Source of the DNA: a virus
Length of the DNA: 64,000 nt
IMG/VR virus record: IMGVR_UViG_3300020469_000023
Location: 35,096 to 99,095 of that record
Reading direction: 5' to 3' (one strand)
The stretch's first letter is position 1, and each line of letters begins with the position of its first letter. This document shows, one piece after another, positions 29,124 to 39,655 of the stretch. The notes under the pieces are model-generated. The model worked only from the letters and a program-made list of their open reading frames with translations. It did no database searches and was not told where the DNA came from. The position numbers and the translations under genes are program-made.

Positions 29124-30180
29124 TAACTATCTCTTCCATATCTACTTTTGATTGTAAACCAATAGAGTACTGACTTTTAACAAACTCTTTAAAGTCTGTG
29201 TCTGCAAAGATAGGATTCCAGAACTCGCCTGTCAAAGTATCTTTTTCTCTTAGTTTACTGCCAATCATTTCACCAGATTCTTTATTGACCACTTGGTACC
29301 AACCATTACTAGGTTTTACTACATAACCACCTGCAAGTGCAACATCAAGTAGACCACTAAAACTTTCTATACCACCTTCCCATGATACTGCGATAGGTAT
29401 TTTAGATTTCTCTTTAACATATCTACTCTTTTCAATATTAATAACAAATTCATAACCAGTAACTTCTGTACCAGTTTTTTGTTGTCTTCTACCTATAATC
29501 CAAATGTTGTCTGCAGAATAATAAATACCAGTCCCACCACCAACAACGTCTTTAGGGAACAAACCAATTTCTTTATAAGTATGATTTACTGCAATAAGTG
29601 GTATATTTTTCATTTTTAAATAAGGTGTTGTCATTCTAAATAAACCCTTAAGTGCTTTTGCTCTAGACATGTCTGCAACTGATTTTTCATTCATTGCATC
29701 TTCAAGTTCTTTTTTACTTGCGAGATTACCAATAGAATCAATTACAACTATTACATCATCGGTTCTTTCTAGTTCTTCTAGTTGTCTAATTAAATCAAAC
29801 TTTAATTCTTCTACATTAGTAATAGGTGTATGTAAGACTCTTTTTGTATCAATATCAAATTGTTCAAAGTAAGATTGTGGTGACCCAAACTCTGAATCAT
29901 AAAATAACATAACTGCATCTTTCTTTTCTTTTAAATAAGATGATGCCATTTTCAATGCAAAAGATGTTTTAAAGTGTTTACTTGGTCCAGCAAGAACAGT
30001 AAGTCCTGGCATTACACCACCATCGAAGTTACCACTCAATGCTACATTAATCATTGGTACATCTGTAGTTACCATATCTGATTCAGTAAAAAATTTAGAA
30101 TCAGAAAGTACTGCAGTATTTCCTAGTGTTGAATTTTTCTTCAACTTATCCATTATAGATGCCATATTATTTGTCCTCAA
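29116..30180 (-). CDS. uvsX: RecA-like recombinase UvsX
   Basis: AGPSKHFKT, FYDSEFG, IDSIGNLASKKE. Confidence 0.96.
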   Translation of the reverse strand: MRTNNMASIMDKLKKNSTLGNTAVLSDSKFFTESDMVTTDVPMINVALSGNFDGGVMPGLTVLAGPSKHFKTSFALKMASSYLKEKKDAVMLFYDSEFGSPQSYFEQFDIDTKRVLHTPITNVEELKFDLIRQLEELERTDDVIVVIDSIGNLASKKELEDAMNEKSVADMSRAKALKGLFRMTTPYLKMKNIPLIAVNHTYKEIGLFPKDVVGGGTGIYYSADNIWIIGRRQQKTGTEVTGYEFVINIEKSRYVKEKSKIPIAVSWEGGIESFSGLLDVALAGGYVVKPSNGWYQVVNKESGEMIGSKLREKDTLTGEFWNPIFADTDFKEFVKSQYSIGLQSKVDMEEIVSE

Positions 30181-31051
30181 ACTTTATGTTGTTATCTTTT
30201 TCACGTTCATCGAGTTCATACTCTTCTCGCATTTTATTGTTTATTTTAACAGACTCAGCAATTAAAGTCAAGTCTTCATCAAATTTAGTAAATGCATTCA
30301 TATCTTTTGGTAAACATGCACCACCAAACCCACGTTTGCCATCATAACCAGGGACTCTAGAATGAGCAAAACCTATTCTACCATCACTACAGATACCATT
30401 AATTACTCTTTGAGCATTCAAACTTTGTTTCTTTGCACTATCATGTATTTGATTCATAAATGTAACTTTCATACCAAGATAACTATTCACACCATATTTT
30501 ACCATGGCCGCTTCTTGTGGTGTCATACTAACCCAAGAAAGATTAATACATAAACTAAATGTACTATAAAAAGTTACAATTCTTTGGCAAGATTCTTCTG
30601 TTGGTCCACCAATAATTCTCATTCTAGAATTTATAAATTGGTCTTTTGCATTGTTCTCTGTTAAAAATTCTGGATTGTGTGTAATTCTGGGTTTATCATC
30701 GTCATGTACTGAATTATATAATCTAGTTAAAATATCTGGTGTGACTGTTGATTTGATAACAATAAGTGCATCTGTATGTTCAATAAGTTTTAATACTGCA
30801 TCTTCGACAATAGCACCATCGACTGTTCCATTATCAGACATTGGTGTTGGGGCACATACAAAAACACATGCTGGATTCCATTTACATAAATCATCTATAT
30901 TTGTTTGTAGTTTTGGGTCAACATAAAACTTTTCTAACTCGTCATTTGTAAATGCATAATCAATTGCTTGACCCACAAATCCATAACCAACAATTCCTAA
31001 TTTAAATTTACTTTTTGCCATTAATTCACCTCGTGATATTCTTTGTACCAA
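30167..31051 (-). CDS. UDP-glucose 6-dehydrogenase-like protein (short form)
   Basis: GIVGYGFVG, IKSTV, NPEFL, GFGGACLPKD. Confidence 0.88.
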   Translation of the reverse strand: MVQRISRGELMAKSKFKLGIVGYGFVGQAIDYAFTNDELEKFYVDPKLQTNIDDLCKWNPACVFVCAPTPMSDNGTVDGAIVEDAVLKLIEHTDALIVIKSTVTPDILTRLYNSVHDDDKPRITHNPEFLTENNAKDQFINSRMRIIGGPTEESCQRIVTFYSTFSLCINLSWVSMTPQEAAMVKYGVNSYLGMKVTFMNQIHDSAKKQSLNAQRVINGICSDGRIGFAHSRVPGYDGKRGFGGACLPKDMNAFTKFDEDLTLIAESVKINNKMREEYELDEREKDNNIKFEDK

Positions 31052-31989
31052 CTTACAAACTCTGCGACACCATCATCAATGTCAACTACAGGTCTATATC
31101 CAATTTCTTCTATTTTCGAAGTATTGCTCCAAGTTTCAAGTACGTCTGCGGGATGTGGTGGTGATTTTATAATATCTGGTTCTCTGTTCAATTCAATTCC
31201 TATTCTATTTATAAAATGCATAAGGTCGACTTGTTTGCCTCTACCAATATTAAATATTTCACCTGAGTTTATATCTTGATTAAAAATACATAACTTAATA
31301 CCTCTTACGATATCGTCAATATACGTAAAGTCTCTTTTCATCATACCCCAATTAAATGCCCTAATAGAATTACCAGCAACAATGTCTTTTGTCATATCAT
31401 ACAATGCCATATCTGGTCTACCCCATGGACCATATACTGTAAAAAATCTTAAACCTATGTTGTGCAAACCTGACATTTTAAATTGACACTCGTTTACATA
31501 CTTAGTATATGCATATGGATTCTTTTGATGTGGTTGAACTATGTCTTCTGTCCATGGTAATGTTTTAGTGCCACTATAGACAGATGATGTTGATGCATAA
31601 ATTACTTTTTGGACGTCATGTAGTTTACATACGTTGATTAAATTCTGAGTACCATCTATGTTATCTTTGTGATATAAATGTTCGTTACCAACACTTTGAC
31701 GAACTCCAGCACGTGCGGCAAGATGTACAACGATGTCGGGTTCATAATCTTGAAAAAGATAATCTAGTTTTTCAAAGTCATTTAAATCACAATCTCTGAT
31801 TTCTAATCCAAAATGTTTGCATCTATCTTTTTTTAATTCTGGGTCATAGTAATTATTAAAGTTATCAATACCAACACAATATAAATCATGTTCTTCTGTA
31901 AGTAAAGAATTCATTAAATGACTACCAATAAACCCTGCACCTCCTGTGACTAATATCTTCATGCAATTAATTTCTATTTCTGTAGACAT
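31021..31989 (-). CDS. NAD-dependent epimerase (UDP-glucuronate 4-epimerase-like)
   Basis: TGGAGFIG, HLAARAGVR, YAYTK, RFFTVYGPWGRPDMA. Confidence 0.9.
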   Translation of the reverse strand: MSTEIEINCMKILVTGGAGFIGSHLMNSLLTEEHDLYCVGIDNFNNYYDPELKKDRCKHFGLEIRDCDLNDFEKLDYLFQDYEPDIVVHLAARAGVRQSVGNEHLYHKDNIDGTQNLINVCKLHDVQKVIYASTSSVYSGTKTLPWTEDIVQPHQKNPYAYTKYVNECQFKMSGLHNIGLRFFTVYGPWGRPDMALYDMTKDIVAGNSIRAFNWGMMKRDFTYIDDIVRGIKLCIFNQDINSGEIFNIGRGKQVDLMHFINRIGIELNREPDIIKSPPHPADVLETWSNTSKIEEIGYRPVVDIDDGVAEFVSWYKEYHEVN

Positions 31990-32920
31990 ATTCTAGTGCC
32001 CTATCTGCTTCTCGTACCATATCTCTGTTTTTATACCAACCACCAGTTTCTGCATCGAGTTCTTTACATAGAGTTGCAATCTGTTGAGCAGTAATTGGAT
32101 AACCTTTCGATACTGCATTACCAGATGTTGCAACCATAATCTGATACATTTTATAATACCAACCCGACTCTGAGATAGTTCGATACTCTGATTCTAATTT
32201 CTTTGACCAGAAAGGACAATCTCTATAACTAGACCAAGTAATATTAGTATTATCTAGTTTGCTCTTACGATGTTCAACAACTGCTTTCTGTAATTCTGGT
32301 GGTAATCTATCTAAAAAGTTTGTCCCCTTGTTTTCAATATAAGAATGTTTCTCCATTAACATTTCTGGGTCGAGTTTAACACCCTCATTAGTAAAAATGA
32401 AATCAAATGCATTTGGATATTTTGCAGGGACATAATACATTCTTGCAAGGTCTTTTGTTTGTTCGTCACCAATCTCTTTGAATTGTTTATTCATTGCAAA
32501 CCAAAAGTGAGATAAGTCTTTTGCATCTACTTCTTTAGTAAGAGGAAAAACTAAACGAAACTTTGGTCGTTTTTCTGTTGATGATGCAGTACTATAACAC
32601 ACGTAATGATATACACCAAACTTTTCATATAACTCTTTCTTTAATTGCAAAAGAACATCGCCAGATGTATCAGCAAGTATATAACTATCCACATCAAGAC
32701 AAGACCAAGCACCCCATTTATTAACACTCTTATTACTTCTTGTCCGACCTTCGTCAAACCTAGCAGGACTAATAAGAGCAGAACTATTATTTCCACCTTT
32801 TTCACCTCGTTCATTTGATAATTTATATAGCAACTCTTCAAACTTATCCCATGAATCAAAACTCATAGTTCTATGAGTCTTATTGTCATAAGTATTTTTG
32901 AATATTGTTAGACTATACAT
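31967..32920 (-). CDS. Primase-polymerase (AEP)-like protein
   Basis: LDVD, YSTASS...PKFRLVFPL, KDLARMYYVP. Confidence 0.6.
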   Translation of the reverse strand: MYSLTIFKNTYDNKTHRTMSFDSWDKFEELLYKLSNERGEKGGNNSSALISPARFDEGRTRSNKSVNKWGAWSCLDVDSYILADTSGDVLLQLKKELYEKFGVYHYVCYSTASSTEKRPKFRLVFPLTKEVDAKDLSHFWFAMNKQFKEIGDEQTKDLARMYYVPAKYPNAFDFIFTNEGVKLDPEMLMEKHSYIENKGTNFLDRLPPELQKAVVEHRKSKLDNTNITWSSYRDCPFWSKKLESEYRTISESGWYYKMYQIMVATSGNAVSKGYPITAQQIATLCKELDAETGGWYKNRDMVREADRALEYVYRNRN

Positions 32921-32928
32921 TACTTATC

Positions 32929-32957
32929 ATTATACATTAATTTGCACACAATGTCAA
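32929..32957 (-). promoter_or_regulatory. sigma70-type promoter
   Basis: TTGACA-17-TATAAT, 8 nt before ATG 32920. Confidence 0.85.
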
Positions 32958-33065
32958 CCAGAAGAATCTGGCCAATGCATACAACCTTGTTCTTTAAATA
33001 TCTTGCGATATTTTTTCATCATTTTATTGTGTTGTCTTTGTTGTTCGATTTCTTTTTTTGTTTTC

Positions 33066-33221
33066 TTACCCAAACTTAGCACCACTGTTTACATCATCTT
33101 TCTTTTTCTTTTTAAAAGTAAAAAAGTTTTTAAATCCACCACTTAGTCCCCACATAGTAAATAGATATACTAAAGTTAATACACCTATTATTTGTAAGAT
33201 TGCTTCAATCCACTCTAACAT
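33066..33221 (-). CDS. Small membrane protein ([10 protein letters not shown]...)
   Basis: ATG overlaps the gp43 stop (TAATG); one TM helix and basic tail. Confidence 0.5.
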   Translation of the reverse strand: MLEWIEAILQIIGVLTLVYLFTMWGLSGGFKNFFTFKKKKKDDVNSGAKFG

Positions 33222-35689
33222 TATCCAAAAAACTCGTCTAATGATGCTTTGGGTTCTGCCGACCAATCAATCGCATCAAAAATTGGTTCGAGCGGTTCAA
33301 GAAAAGTTTTTTCAAACATTGTATCATAGTCAACGTATTTATGTAAGTTAAATTCTTCTGGTAATCTCATCTTAAATGAAATAACATTTTCATTAATTGG
33401 GTTTGGTGTTTTTAAATAACAAAATTTAATCTTCTCACCATTACCAATCTTTTCATATTTTTTATTCAACTGGTGTTTTTCTATGTAGTGATTATGTAGC
33501 AAACTACCTCTAGAATGTATTGGTGTGCCTTTGGTATAAATGTTTTTGTTGTCTTTGTATTTTTTTACGTGACGAACACCACGAGGAAATGCAATATCTT
33601 CTGGGCGTATTTCACTAAACTCTTTACGAAAGTTTGCGACAAACTCTTGTGCTTCATCTTGAGTTTTACCAACTAAGATAGGAAATAACTCTTTCATTTT
33701 ATTACGAACTAATTCTGGTGTAGAAGATTTAATTGCTTCAATACCCATAATCTTTAGTTTTGGTTTTGCATACTGAACACCTTCTGAGTTGTGTACATTT
33801 AGAATATATCTTTTCTTTGCCTGCCAAATACCTTTATCTGCAATAACTTCTCTACCCATTTCCATACGATTACTCATTGCACCAGAATAGTTTGCAAACT
33901 CTTGATACGAATCTGTTAAGACTTTTTCAAAATGAGTTTTAGATATCTCGTCCAGAAACTTAACAGGATTTTTAGGATTGAATTTCTGGACGAGTTCACC
34001 CATACGAATGTATAGTGAATCTGTGTCAATTGCTATGACATAATCTTCTTCATCTGTTTCTAATAACTTATTCATTTCTTTATTGACAGTTCGTTCTGCC
34101 CAAAGAATTGCTAACTGACCTGACATTGTGATAGATTCTGCAACACGTTGGTCAAAGTATCTAAACCAACGATTGCCTAATGCACCATAAAGTGAGTTCA
34201 TTAAAATCTTAATTGCCATTTGTTCATTGTACAGATGCGATATCTTATTTGATAATGCTTTTGTTGGTGTAGTCTCATACTCTTGTTGTAACTTCAACAT
34301 TTCTTTTTTAATCTCTACACGTTCTTCATAATATTTCTGAATAACAAATGGGATTACACCCTGTCTTTCTTTTGAAAATCTTACACCATTGGGTGTTGTT
34401 GCATATGTTGTATCAATATCTGTTTGTTTTCTTAACATGTGTTCAATAGATGTATCGACTAGTCCATCAACTACAGTTTCGGGTGACATATTATTCTGAA
34501 CGATAATATTAGGATATAGTGAGTTCAAGTCAAACGATACTACCCAATCATGGCCGCCAATCTGAGGTTCTTTTACATATGCACCGACAAAATCTGATTT
34601 ACTCTTTTCTATTTTAGGTGGGCAAACAACTTTATTCTGCTCAAGTATACGATAGATAATAGTGTCCCATATCATTGTCGTACCAAGTACGTCTCTATAG
34701 TTTACACCACCACGATATGCCATAGTCAATGCTAATGTAATAAGACCTAACTTCTCTTCGAATCTATCAACTAATTCAACGTCTTTGATATTGTACTCAA
34801 TAAATTTTTGATAGTCGTTTTTATATAATGAAAACAAACTACCTTGGTCTTCATATGATAACTTACCTTCACCAAGTTCTACGTGTGAAATATGATTTAG
34901 TGAATACATTTCTTGTTGTACGTATGTAAACTTCTTGTATAGTTCTAAATAGTCAAGTTGAGTTACACCCATAATATCATATGCATAATTAGTGTTACCA
35001 GTAAACTTATCTTTTCTATTGTCTTCTTTAACATTACCCCAGGGTGATAGTTTTTTAATTTCTTCTTCGCCATAGACTTTTCTAATTCTATTGACAATGT
35101 ATACCATATCAAAACCAATACTATTCCAACCAGTAACAATATCTGGATAGTTATCTTTCCAATACTCTAGAAATTTGTGAAGCAGGGCCGCTTCGTTTTT
35201 ACATTGAGTATAAACTACATTGTCTGCAGGATTAAACTCACCAAAACCCCATGTACGATAAACATTTTCTTTACTATTCTTTGTTGTAATTGCAGTAATG
35301 GGCCATTCTGCTAAATGTGGTTCAGGAAAACCTTGGTCTGACTGACACTCAATATCAATTGTTGTGACAGATATATCGTCACGATTAAACTTTATATCTT
35401 CTGGGTATTTTTGTGCAATAAACTGAGAGACATAATTATTCATACCATAAACTTCAAAGTTATCTACGTGTTCATATCTTTTTGTAAAGTCTGTTGCATC
35501 TTTCATAGAATCAAACTCGATTGGTTCGACTAAAGTATTATCAAGAGTTTGCCAACCAGTGCTTGGTTTAGATGTTGTTACGTATAATTTTGGTTTAAAT
35601 GGAATTCTTTGCTTGACTCTTTGCCCACCTTTATATCCAATATAAAGTAAACTGTTGCCATAACGAGTCACGTTAGTATAAAAATTCAT
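33221..35689 (-). CDS. gp43: Family B DNA polymerase gp43
   Basis: DIEC exo [27 protein letters not shown]. Confidence 0.97.
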   Translation of the reverse strand: MNFYTNVTRYGNSLLYIGYKGGQRVKQRIPFKPKLYVTTSKPSTGWQTLDNTLVEPIEFDSMKDATDFTKRYEHVDNFEVYGMNNYVSQFIAQKYPEDIKFNRDDISVTTIDIECQSDQGFPEPHLAEWPITAITTKNSKENVYRTWGFGEFNPADNVVYTQCKNEAALLHKFLEYWKDNYPDIVTGWNSIGFDMVYIVNRIRKVYGEEEIKKLSPWGNVKEDNRKDKFTGNTNYAYDIMGVTQLDYLELYKKFTYVQQEMYSLNHISHVELGEGKLSYEDQGSLFSLYKNDYQKFIEYNIKDVELVDRFEEKLGLITLALTMAYRGGVNYRDVLGTTMIWDTIIYRILEQNKVVCPPKIEKSKSDFVGAYVKEPQIGGHDWVVSFDLNSLYPNIIVQNNMSPETVVDGLVDTSIEHMLRKQTDIDTTYATTPNGVRFSKERQGVIPFVIQKYYEERVEIKKEMLKLQQEYETTPTKALSNKISHLYNEQMAIKILMNSLYGALGNRWFRYFDQRVAESITMSGQLAILWAERTVNKEMNKLLETDEEDYVIAIDTDSLYIRMGELVQKFNPKNPVKFLDEISKTHFEKVLTDSYQEFANYSGAMSNRMEMGREVIADKGIWQAKKRYILNVHNSEGVQYAKPKLKIMGIEAIKSSTPELVRNKMKELFPILVGKTQDEAQEFVANFRKEFSEIRPEDIAFPRGVRHVKKYKDNKNIYTKGTPIHSRGSLLHNHYIEKHQLNKKYEKIGNGEKIKFCYLKTPNPINENVISFKMRLPEEFNLHKYVDYDTMFEKTFLEPLEPIFDAIDWSAEPKASLDEFFG

Positions 35690-35713
35690 AATGTAATCCT
35701 GTAGTTAATGTGT

Positions 35714-35742
35714 ATTATACTAGGTTGAACAAAAAATGTCAA
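35714..35742 (-). promoter_or_regulatory. sigma70-type promoter of gp43
   Basis: TTGACA-17-TATAAT. Confidence 0.85.
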
Positions 35743-35795
35743 GAGATATTTTTTTAATAAATAAAAATACATATTATAAATTAACACGAGTAAAA

Positions 35796-36014
35796 ATGCC
35801 AACAAAATTTAAACCAAGCGAAGTACTAGTTGATAGAGCAACAAAGAAAAGAAGTATAAAACATCATTATATAAAACAGATAAGTCAAGATGAATTGTTT
35901 AAAACATTAAACAACGAATCTACCTCAAAAAAATTAAAACAAAAAGTTCGCCACGAACTAAGACGTAGGGGCGTAAAAATAGTTACAACAAGAAAAACAG
36001 AAGGTATCTGTTAA
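35796..36014 (+). CDS. Small basic hypothetical protein (MPTKFKPS...)
   Basis: ORF fills the gap; internal ATG preferred because the longer start overlaps the gp43 promoter. Confidence 0.55.
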   Translation: MPTKFKPSEVLVDRATKKRSIKHHYIKQISQDELFKTLNNESTSKKLKQKVRHELRRRGVKIVTTRKTEGIC

Positions 36015-36496
36015 CCTTCAATCCCAAAAGAATAAGTCACTCTTGATTGTAATGGTGTTATTTTGTGGTCAGTACCTCTAGGTATATAAACAACATCGCC
36101 TGGTATCATAACTTTATCTATTTCTTCTACTACTAACTTAATACGACCTTTTACTTGTAGCAATAAAACGTCCATATTATCTCTATGTAATGGATAACTT
36201 TCATGTTTACCAAAACCCATGAATGCAATATTTGTAATTGTTTTGTTTGGACAAAGGTCTTGCAATAAAGAGATAATTGTTTTTACGATAGATTTAACTG
36301 AACTTCTTTTATGTAAATCATTTAACATGATTCTATTTTTATTAGGTTCTCTTTTAATTAAATCATCAGGGTGACTATCAATCATGTTAACGATTGTAGT
36401 CCAGTTTTGATTGATTAACTCTGGGTCAATACTTGTTTCGAAAACACGATTACTTTGTATTGCCGATGTTATATTTTGGGCAAAGTTCCCATTCAT
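36011..36496 (-). CDS. JmjC/cupin-like oxygenase
   Basis: HRDNMDVLLLQVKG, PGDVVYIPRGTDH. Confidence 0.75.
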   Translation of the reverse strand: MNGNFAQNITSAIQSNRVFETSIDPELINQNWTTIVNMIDSHPDDLIKREPNKNRIMLNDLHKRSSVKSIVKTIISLLQDLCPNKTITNIAFMGFGKHESYPLHRDNMDVLLLQVKGRIKLVVEEIDKVMIPGDVVYIPRGTDHKITPLQSRVTYSFGIEG

Positions 36497-36863
36497 TTTT
36501 TTCTTTAAAAGGTATTATTTTAATTTGCTTTAGAGAACTGCATTCTTTTACTTGTTCTGCATTTTGTATTTCTACTAATCCCCAATCACTTAATAAAGTT
36601 GCAATTGTATTTCTACGTTCTAAATCTGATTGTTCTAAATTAGATTTCTTTCCATCTAACATAAACAATTCTTTAAAGTGTACTATAAAGTATCTACCTT
36701 GTTTGTGTAATATATGACACGATTGAAATAATTTATTTTCTTTTCTTGATGCAACACCGATACGTGTTAATGTTTCTCTGACTTTTAAAAAGTCATCTGG
36801 TTCTGCGATTGTTACTTCTAACATATCTGCAGGTTTCCAAGTTACTGTATTACTTTCTTCCAC
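36450..36863 (-). CDS. regA: Translational repressor RegA
   Basis: DDFLKVRETLTRIG, LFQSCHILHKQGRYFIVHFKELF. Confidence 0.96.
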   Translation of the reverse strand: MEESNTVTWKPADMLEVTIAEPDDFLKVRETLTRIGVASRKENKLFQSCHILHKQGRYFIVHFKELFMLDGKKSNLEQSDLERRNTIATLLSDWGLVEIQNAEQVKECSSLKQIKIIPFKEKNEWELCPKYNIGNTK

Positions 36864-37227
36864 CTTTACTTACCTTCTTTCTTAATACATCTATTTGTTG
36901 TGGAGTAAGGAGTTGAATAACTTGTCTTGCTTTTTCATTGCTATATCCATAGTATTCTTTAACCACATCAACGTCATGTTCTATTTCTGGTTTAATCCAT
37001 TTACTAAACCTTTTTCTCTTTCTAATTGTATTTATAAGAAATGCGAATTGTAGACGTGATTCTAAGTGTCCATACCTATTCATTTCATTTGCAAGAGCAA
37101 CAGTATCAGGAAAATAAGACAATGACCTATTAATAACAAAAGGTACATATGCTTTTTCTGTTTCTTCATCGACCATGATATTTCTTTTACCATAGTTGAT
37201 TTCGTTTAAATATTTAAATGGATTCAT
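36850..37227 (-). CDS. gp62: Clamp loader small subunit gp62
   Basis: YVPFVINRSLS, RKRKRFSKW, YYGYSNEKA. Confidence 0.92.
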   Translation of the reverse strand: MNPFKYLNEINYGKRNIMVDEETEKAYVPFVINRSLSYFPDTVALANEMNRYGHLESRLQFAFLINTIRKRKRFSKWIKPEIEHDVDVVKEYYGYSNEKARQVIQLLTPQQIDVLRKKVSKGGRK

Positions 37228-37233
37228 TATTTT

Positions 37234-37710
37234 TTAAAAGTTCATTACCACACATATTCTACCATCTAGTGAAGGTTCAACACCATGTATTAAATTAGCA
37301 TTAAACATTACAAATAAATTGTCTTTAGGTTCTATTGTAATACCTTCATCTGGAAAAATTAAATTACCCGATTCATCACCAACTTTTAAATAGTATATTG
37401 CACTCATCTTAGTATCATTTACATCATGGTGATGAAACTTACAACCTTGACCATCTGTATAGTTTATACTCCACATTTCTATACTTTTCATCTTAGCATG
37501 TTTCTCAATTTCTTGTTTCATTATAGACCAAGAAAGTGGTACTTCTTTTCCATTACATTTTTCACGTTCAAAATCTGGTTCCCATATTTCACCACCAAGT
37601 AATCTAGTAATATCTGTGCCTGTTCTTGACTGGTCACGATGGGCATTTTCTTGAATATGTTCTATAATCAAGTCTTTGTTTCTTATTTCAAGTTTACTTA
37701 AACTCAACAT
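37234..37710 (-). CDS. 2OG-Fe(II) oxygenase-like protein
   Basis: HHHD, SAIYYL, F...LIHGV, R. Confidence 0.7.
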   Translation of the reverse strand: MLSLSKLEIRNKDLIIEHIQENAHRDQSRTGTDITRLLGGEIWEPDFEREKCNGKEVPLSWSIMKQEIEKHAKMKSIEMWSINYTDGQGCKFHHHDVNDTKMSAIYYLKVGDESGNLIFPDEGITIEPKDNLFVMFNANLIHGVEPSLDGRICVVMNF

Positions 37711-38629
37711 TCGCCATAATCTCTGTTAGACATGCTACCATATTTAATTCATGGTCAGCAACAAATGAATTCTTGTATTGATAATCAGCAAGTATAATTA
37801 CAAGTTGTGGTATACTTTCTGGTTTGACATTTTCATTCATTGAATCATAAACACCACGAATGATTGCTACTGGGTCAATATCAATATTGTTTACAACCCA
37901 AGTTCGCATACGTTTAAAGTCTTTTGCTTTTAAGGCAGGATATAAATCGTTAAAACTATCGTCTTGTTTTATTAAGACTTCTGCATCAATTGTGCCACCA
38001 ATAGAATTACGTTGACACTCATTTAAAACTCTACGCCAATCTGGTGCATGTTTACTAATAAGTTCTGCAATTACATCTTTGTTATATTTAACATTTTCTT
38101 TGACAAGAATATCTTCAAGACGTTTCATAAACTGCATACACAATTGTGCCATAGTTTTCTTATCAGTATTAAATTCATAAACACCACATCTTGAATGTAG
38201 TGGTTCAATCACACGATTCTTAAAGTTACATGTAAGAATAAATCTACAGTTTTGAGAAAACTCTTCGATGAAACCACGAAGTGCTGGTTGTGTTGATTGT
38301 GGATTTAAATAATCTGCTTCATCTAGTATGACTACTTTGTAACCACCCTGTAATGAAATAGAAGATGCAAACTGTTTTATCTTACCACGAAGAGTATCGA
38401 TATTACCTTCTTCTGACCCATTGATAACAATGTAATCAAGTTCAAGTTGTTCACATATTGCTTTTGCTACAGTAGTTTTACCTAGACCAGCAGAACCAGT
38501 GAATAACATATTTGGTATTTCACCAGATTCAACAATCTTAGTAAATGTATCTTTTAGTTGTTTTTGAAGTATTGTCTGTTCGACAGTTTTTGGTCTATAC
38601 TTCTCGACCCATAGGAAATCATCATTCAT
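37694..38629 (-). CDS. gp44: Clamp loader large subunit gp44
   Basis: LWVEKYRP, GSAGLGKT, DEAD, SRC. Confidence 0.96.
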   Translation of the reverse strand: MNDDFLWVEKYRPKTVEQTILQKQLKDTFTKIVESGEIPNMLFTGSAGLGKTTVAKAICEQLELDYIVINGSEEGNIDTLRGKIKQFASSISLQGGYKVVILDEADYLNPQSTQPALRGFIEEFSQNCRFILTCNFKNRVIEPLHSRCGVYEFNTDKKTMAQLCMQFMKRLEDILVKENVKYNKDVIAELISKHAPDWRRVLNECQRNSIGGTIDAEVLIKQDDSFNDLYPALKAKDFKRMRTWVVNNIDIDPVAIIRGVYDSMNENVKPESIPQLVIILADYQYKNSFVADHELNMVACLTEIMANVEFK

Positions 38630-38727
38630 AATATAAAGTTCAAAGGTGAGAGTTGTAAGAAAGCGTTGTGTATAATATTACTGTGACACCTAGCAATGTG
38701 CTTACAACTCTCGAAATTAAAAAGAGT

Positions 38728-38756
38728 ATTATAACAGGTCTAACTAGACTTGTCAA
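38728..38756 (-). promoter_or_regulatory. sigma70-type promoter of gp44
   Basis: TTGACA-17-TATAAT. Confidence 0.8.
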
Positions 38757-38967
38757 GACCTTGCTGAGATTGAAATTGTTCGCACAATTGTATAATCTGA
38801 GTTGCTTGGTCTCTAAGTTGACCAATAGTAGTCAACTCTTCTCCTTTAAAACCACCTCTTTGTACTACTGTATCAATAACTGCTACTGTTGAACGAGCAA
38901 CTCTATTTGATACTTCATATATTTGTGAGTGGTCATCTGCTTTTTTTTCTGGTACTGGTTTTGCCAT
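38740..38967 (-). CDS. Hypothetical protein (MAKPVPEKK...)
   Basis: GGAG SD at end of gp45. Confidence 0.6.
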   Translation of the reverse strand: MAKPVPEKKADDHSQIYEVSNRVARSTVAVIDTVVQRGGFKGEELTTIGQLRDQATQIIQLCEQFQSQQGLDKSS

Positions 38968-38968
38968 G

Positions 38969-39646
38969 TTACGCTCCGTATGTTGAAGATTTCTCAAGTG
39001 CAATAAAATATTCTATGTCACTTTGAGTACTTGTAAATTGTGAAATTAATTTTGAAGAGATTGCTACATGAAAGTCTTCATCAATAACTTTTAAATTATT
39101 CACATTCATTATAAAGTTGAATTTCGCACCTTCGGGGTATGAACCTTCAACATCAATACTAAACAAATTCGAAGTTGCATTTTGACTATCAGTAATTGAT
39201 AATCTTACTGCGCCTTGTGTATCAGATATAGATAATTCACTATGCCCTAAAACACCCGATGCTTTTCTAACTTTCGAAAGTGTATCACTATCTAGTGTAA
39301 AATTAACTTCTGCTTCTGGCATAGTTACATCTTTACCAGATGAAGTTAACATGTCTGGGTCACTATAGTAATACTTTACTGCAGAACGACCAGTTTTGTC
39401 ACCGATAGTTACATAATCTGATTCAAATGAAAGATTCGCACTATCTACTAAATCTAAAACATTTAAGAATTCACTTAAATCATATATACCAAACCCTTGT
39501 GGGAATGATTCCTGAATTGTTGCCGATGAAAGAACATTTCTTGCTACAGAAATAGTCTTTATTTGATTACCCGATTCAACAACGATGTTCGGGTTAATAG
39601 TTGCATAATTTCTTAATACACCTATCGTTTGGTCACTTAGTTCCAT
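38969..39646 (-). CDS. gp45: Sliding clamp gp45
   Basis: NYATINPNI, FGIYDLSEFL, YFIALE. Confidence 0.95.
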   Translation of the reverse strand: MELSDQTIGVLRNYATINPNIVVESGNQIKTISVARNVLSSATIQESFPQGFGIYDLSEFLNVLDLVDSANLSFESDYVTIGDKTGRSAVKYYYSDPDMLTSSGKDVTMPEAEVNFTLDSDTLSKVRKASGVLGHSELSISDTQGAVRLSITDSQNATSNLFSIDVEGSYPEGAKFNFIMNVNNLKVIDEDFHVAISSKLISQFTSTQSDIEYFIALEKSSTYGA

Positions 39647-39655
39647 GATATACTC

